DNA of 64,000 nt from Ylistrum balloti. Taxonomy: Eukaryota. The position numbers and the translations under genes are program-made. The notes below the pieces were generated by a model, which was not told the DNA's origin, ran no database searches, and worked only from the letters and a program-made list of their open reading frames with translations. The DNA lies in assembly GCF_031769215.1 (NCBI RefSeq), contig NW_026782645.1:310001-374000 (forward strand). Direction: 5' to 3'. Below, piece by piece: positions 63,091 through 64,000 of the stretch (positions within the stretch are counted from its first letter, which is position 1; the number at the start of each line of letters is the position of its first letter).

Positions 63091-64000
63091 GGCCTAAATT
63101 TTGAAAACTAGGGGGCGATAGAGGAAAGTCCAAAGAGATAGAATGTATGTATTAAAATATGAAAAGAGAAGATTTTTCAAAATCAAGTGTCACACTCTTA
63201 CATACGTAATACTTATACAATAAACAGCTAGCGGTCTTATAGAATGAAGATTTTATCTGCTATTATCAGTTAAATCAAGATAATATATTCCTACCGTAAG
63301 AAATGAAAACAAAAGCTGAGCTGTTCTATATCAATGCAGTAAATAGTGATCTTTGAGAGTGTATATGTATTTTGAGTGTATGTAAAAATGCTTCGGCTCT
63401 TTTGATCGGTGTAGATGTTTATATCAATTAGAAGGCACAATCAGGTGTATACTTTGGGATAATATTTATGTCCAATGCAAGTGGGTGTACGTGGGAATTG
63501 CAGAACTGATTCATGCATGTGTCCATGTGCTTTTAGCATGTTTAAATAACATCTTGTATTTCTTTTTGATATATTTTTTATTACGATCAATATATGGTCA
63601 ACAACAATTACATACATACGAATATATAGAGACATGAAATACTCACCTTTGTTGTCATATAAACACTTCAACAAGATGACAACTCTTATATTCGCAGGAT
63701 CTCGTACACGGGTATTTTGTTCGTGGCTTCCGCGTGAACAGGATGCGCTTCCCAATTACATCACCAGTAAAGATAATTCCAAGAACCAGACACTTTATAC
63801 GCCATCCAGTAACATACCTGCCTATTTACAGGCCTGTCAAACGAAGACATTTACCCACAGTCGGTCATCATGTCCCAAATAATCAACGTCATACACAGAA
63901 AGGCATTCCAGATAAAGATAAGGCAGTTGAGTCTAAAAGTTCTCTTGAAACAATGACTGCTTTGTTTGATGGTATTGAAAGGTTATTAAACAAATCTGCG

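Overview
AT-rich, intron-containing animal genomic DNA with three short N gaps. The gene and repeat content suggests a bivalve or other mollusc (inference). Contents: (1) the 5' ten coding exons of a MAGUK p55-subfamily gene (MPP6/MPP2-like; L27-L27-PDZ-SH3-HOOK-start of GuK) on the minus strand, running off the window start; (2) a 3-exon DUF218/YdcF-like gene with a likely signal peptide, with a decayed LINE RT fragment in intron 2; (3) a cluster of four innexin genes (-,+,-,-), each built from a tiny first coding exon (8, 8, 8 or 23 nt), one phase-2 intron and one large exon; (4) many minisatellites, several of which duplicate splice junctions, plus MITEs. The most striking observation is that two 45-bp 'satellite' arrays (29941-30795 on +, 19 units; 62149-63090 on -, 21 units) are head-to-tail, spacer-less arrays of minimal hammerhead ribozyme motifs: stem I - CUGANGA - stem II - GAAAC - palindromic AGCU loop - GUA cleavage triplet. 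They show stem covariation and a shared leader, and include one fully canonical unit (62909-62950). In the array just downstream of, and sense to, innexin 2, no unit matches the catalytic consensus. All exon structures and folds were deduced by eye; no searches or folding programs were run.
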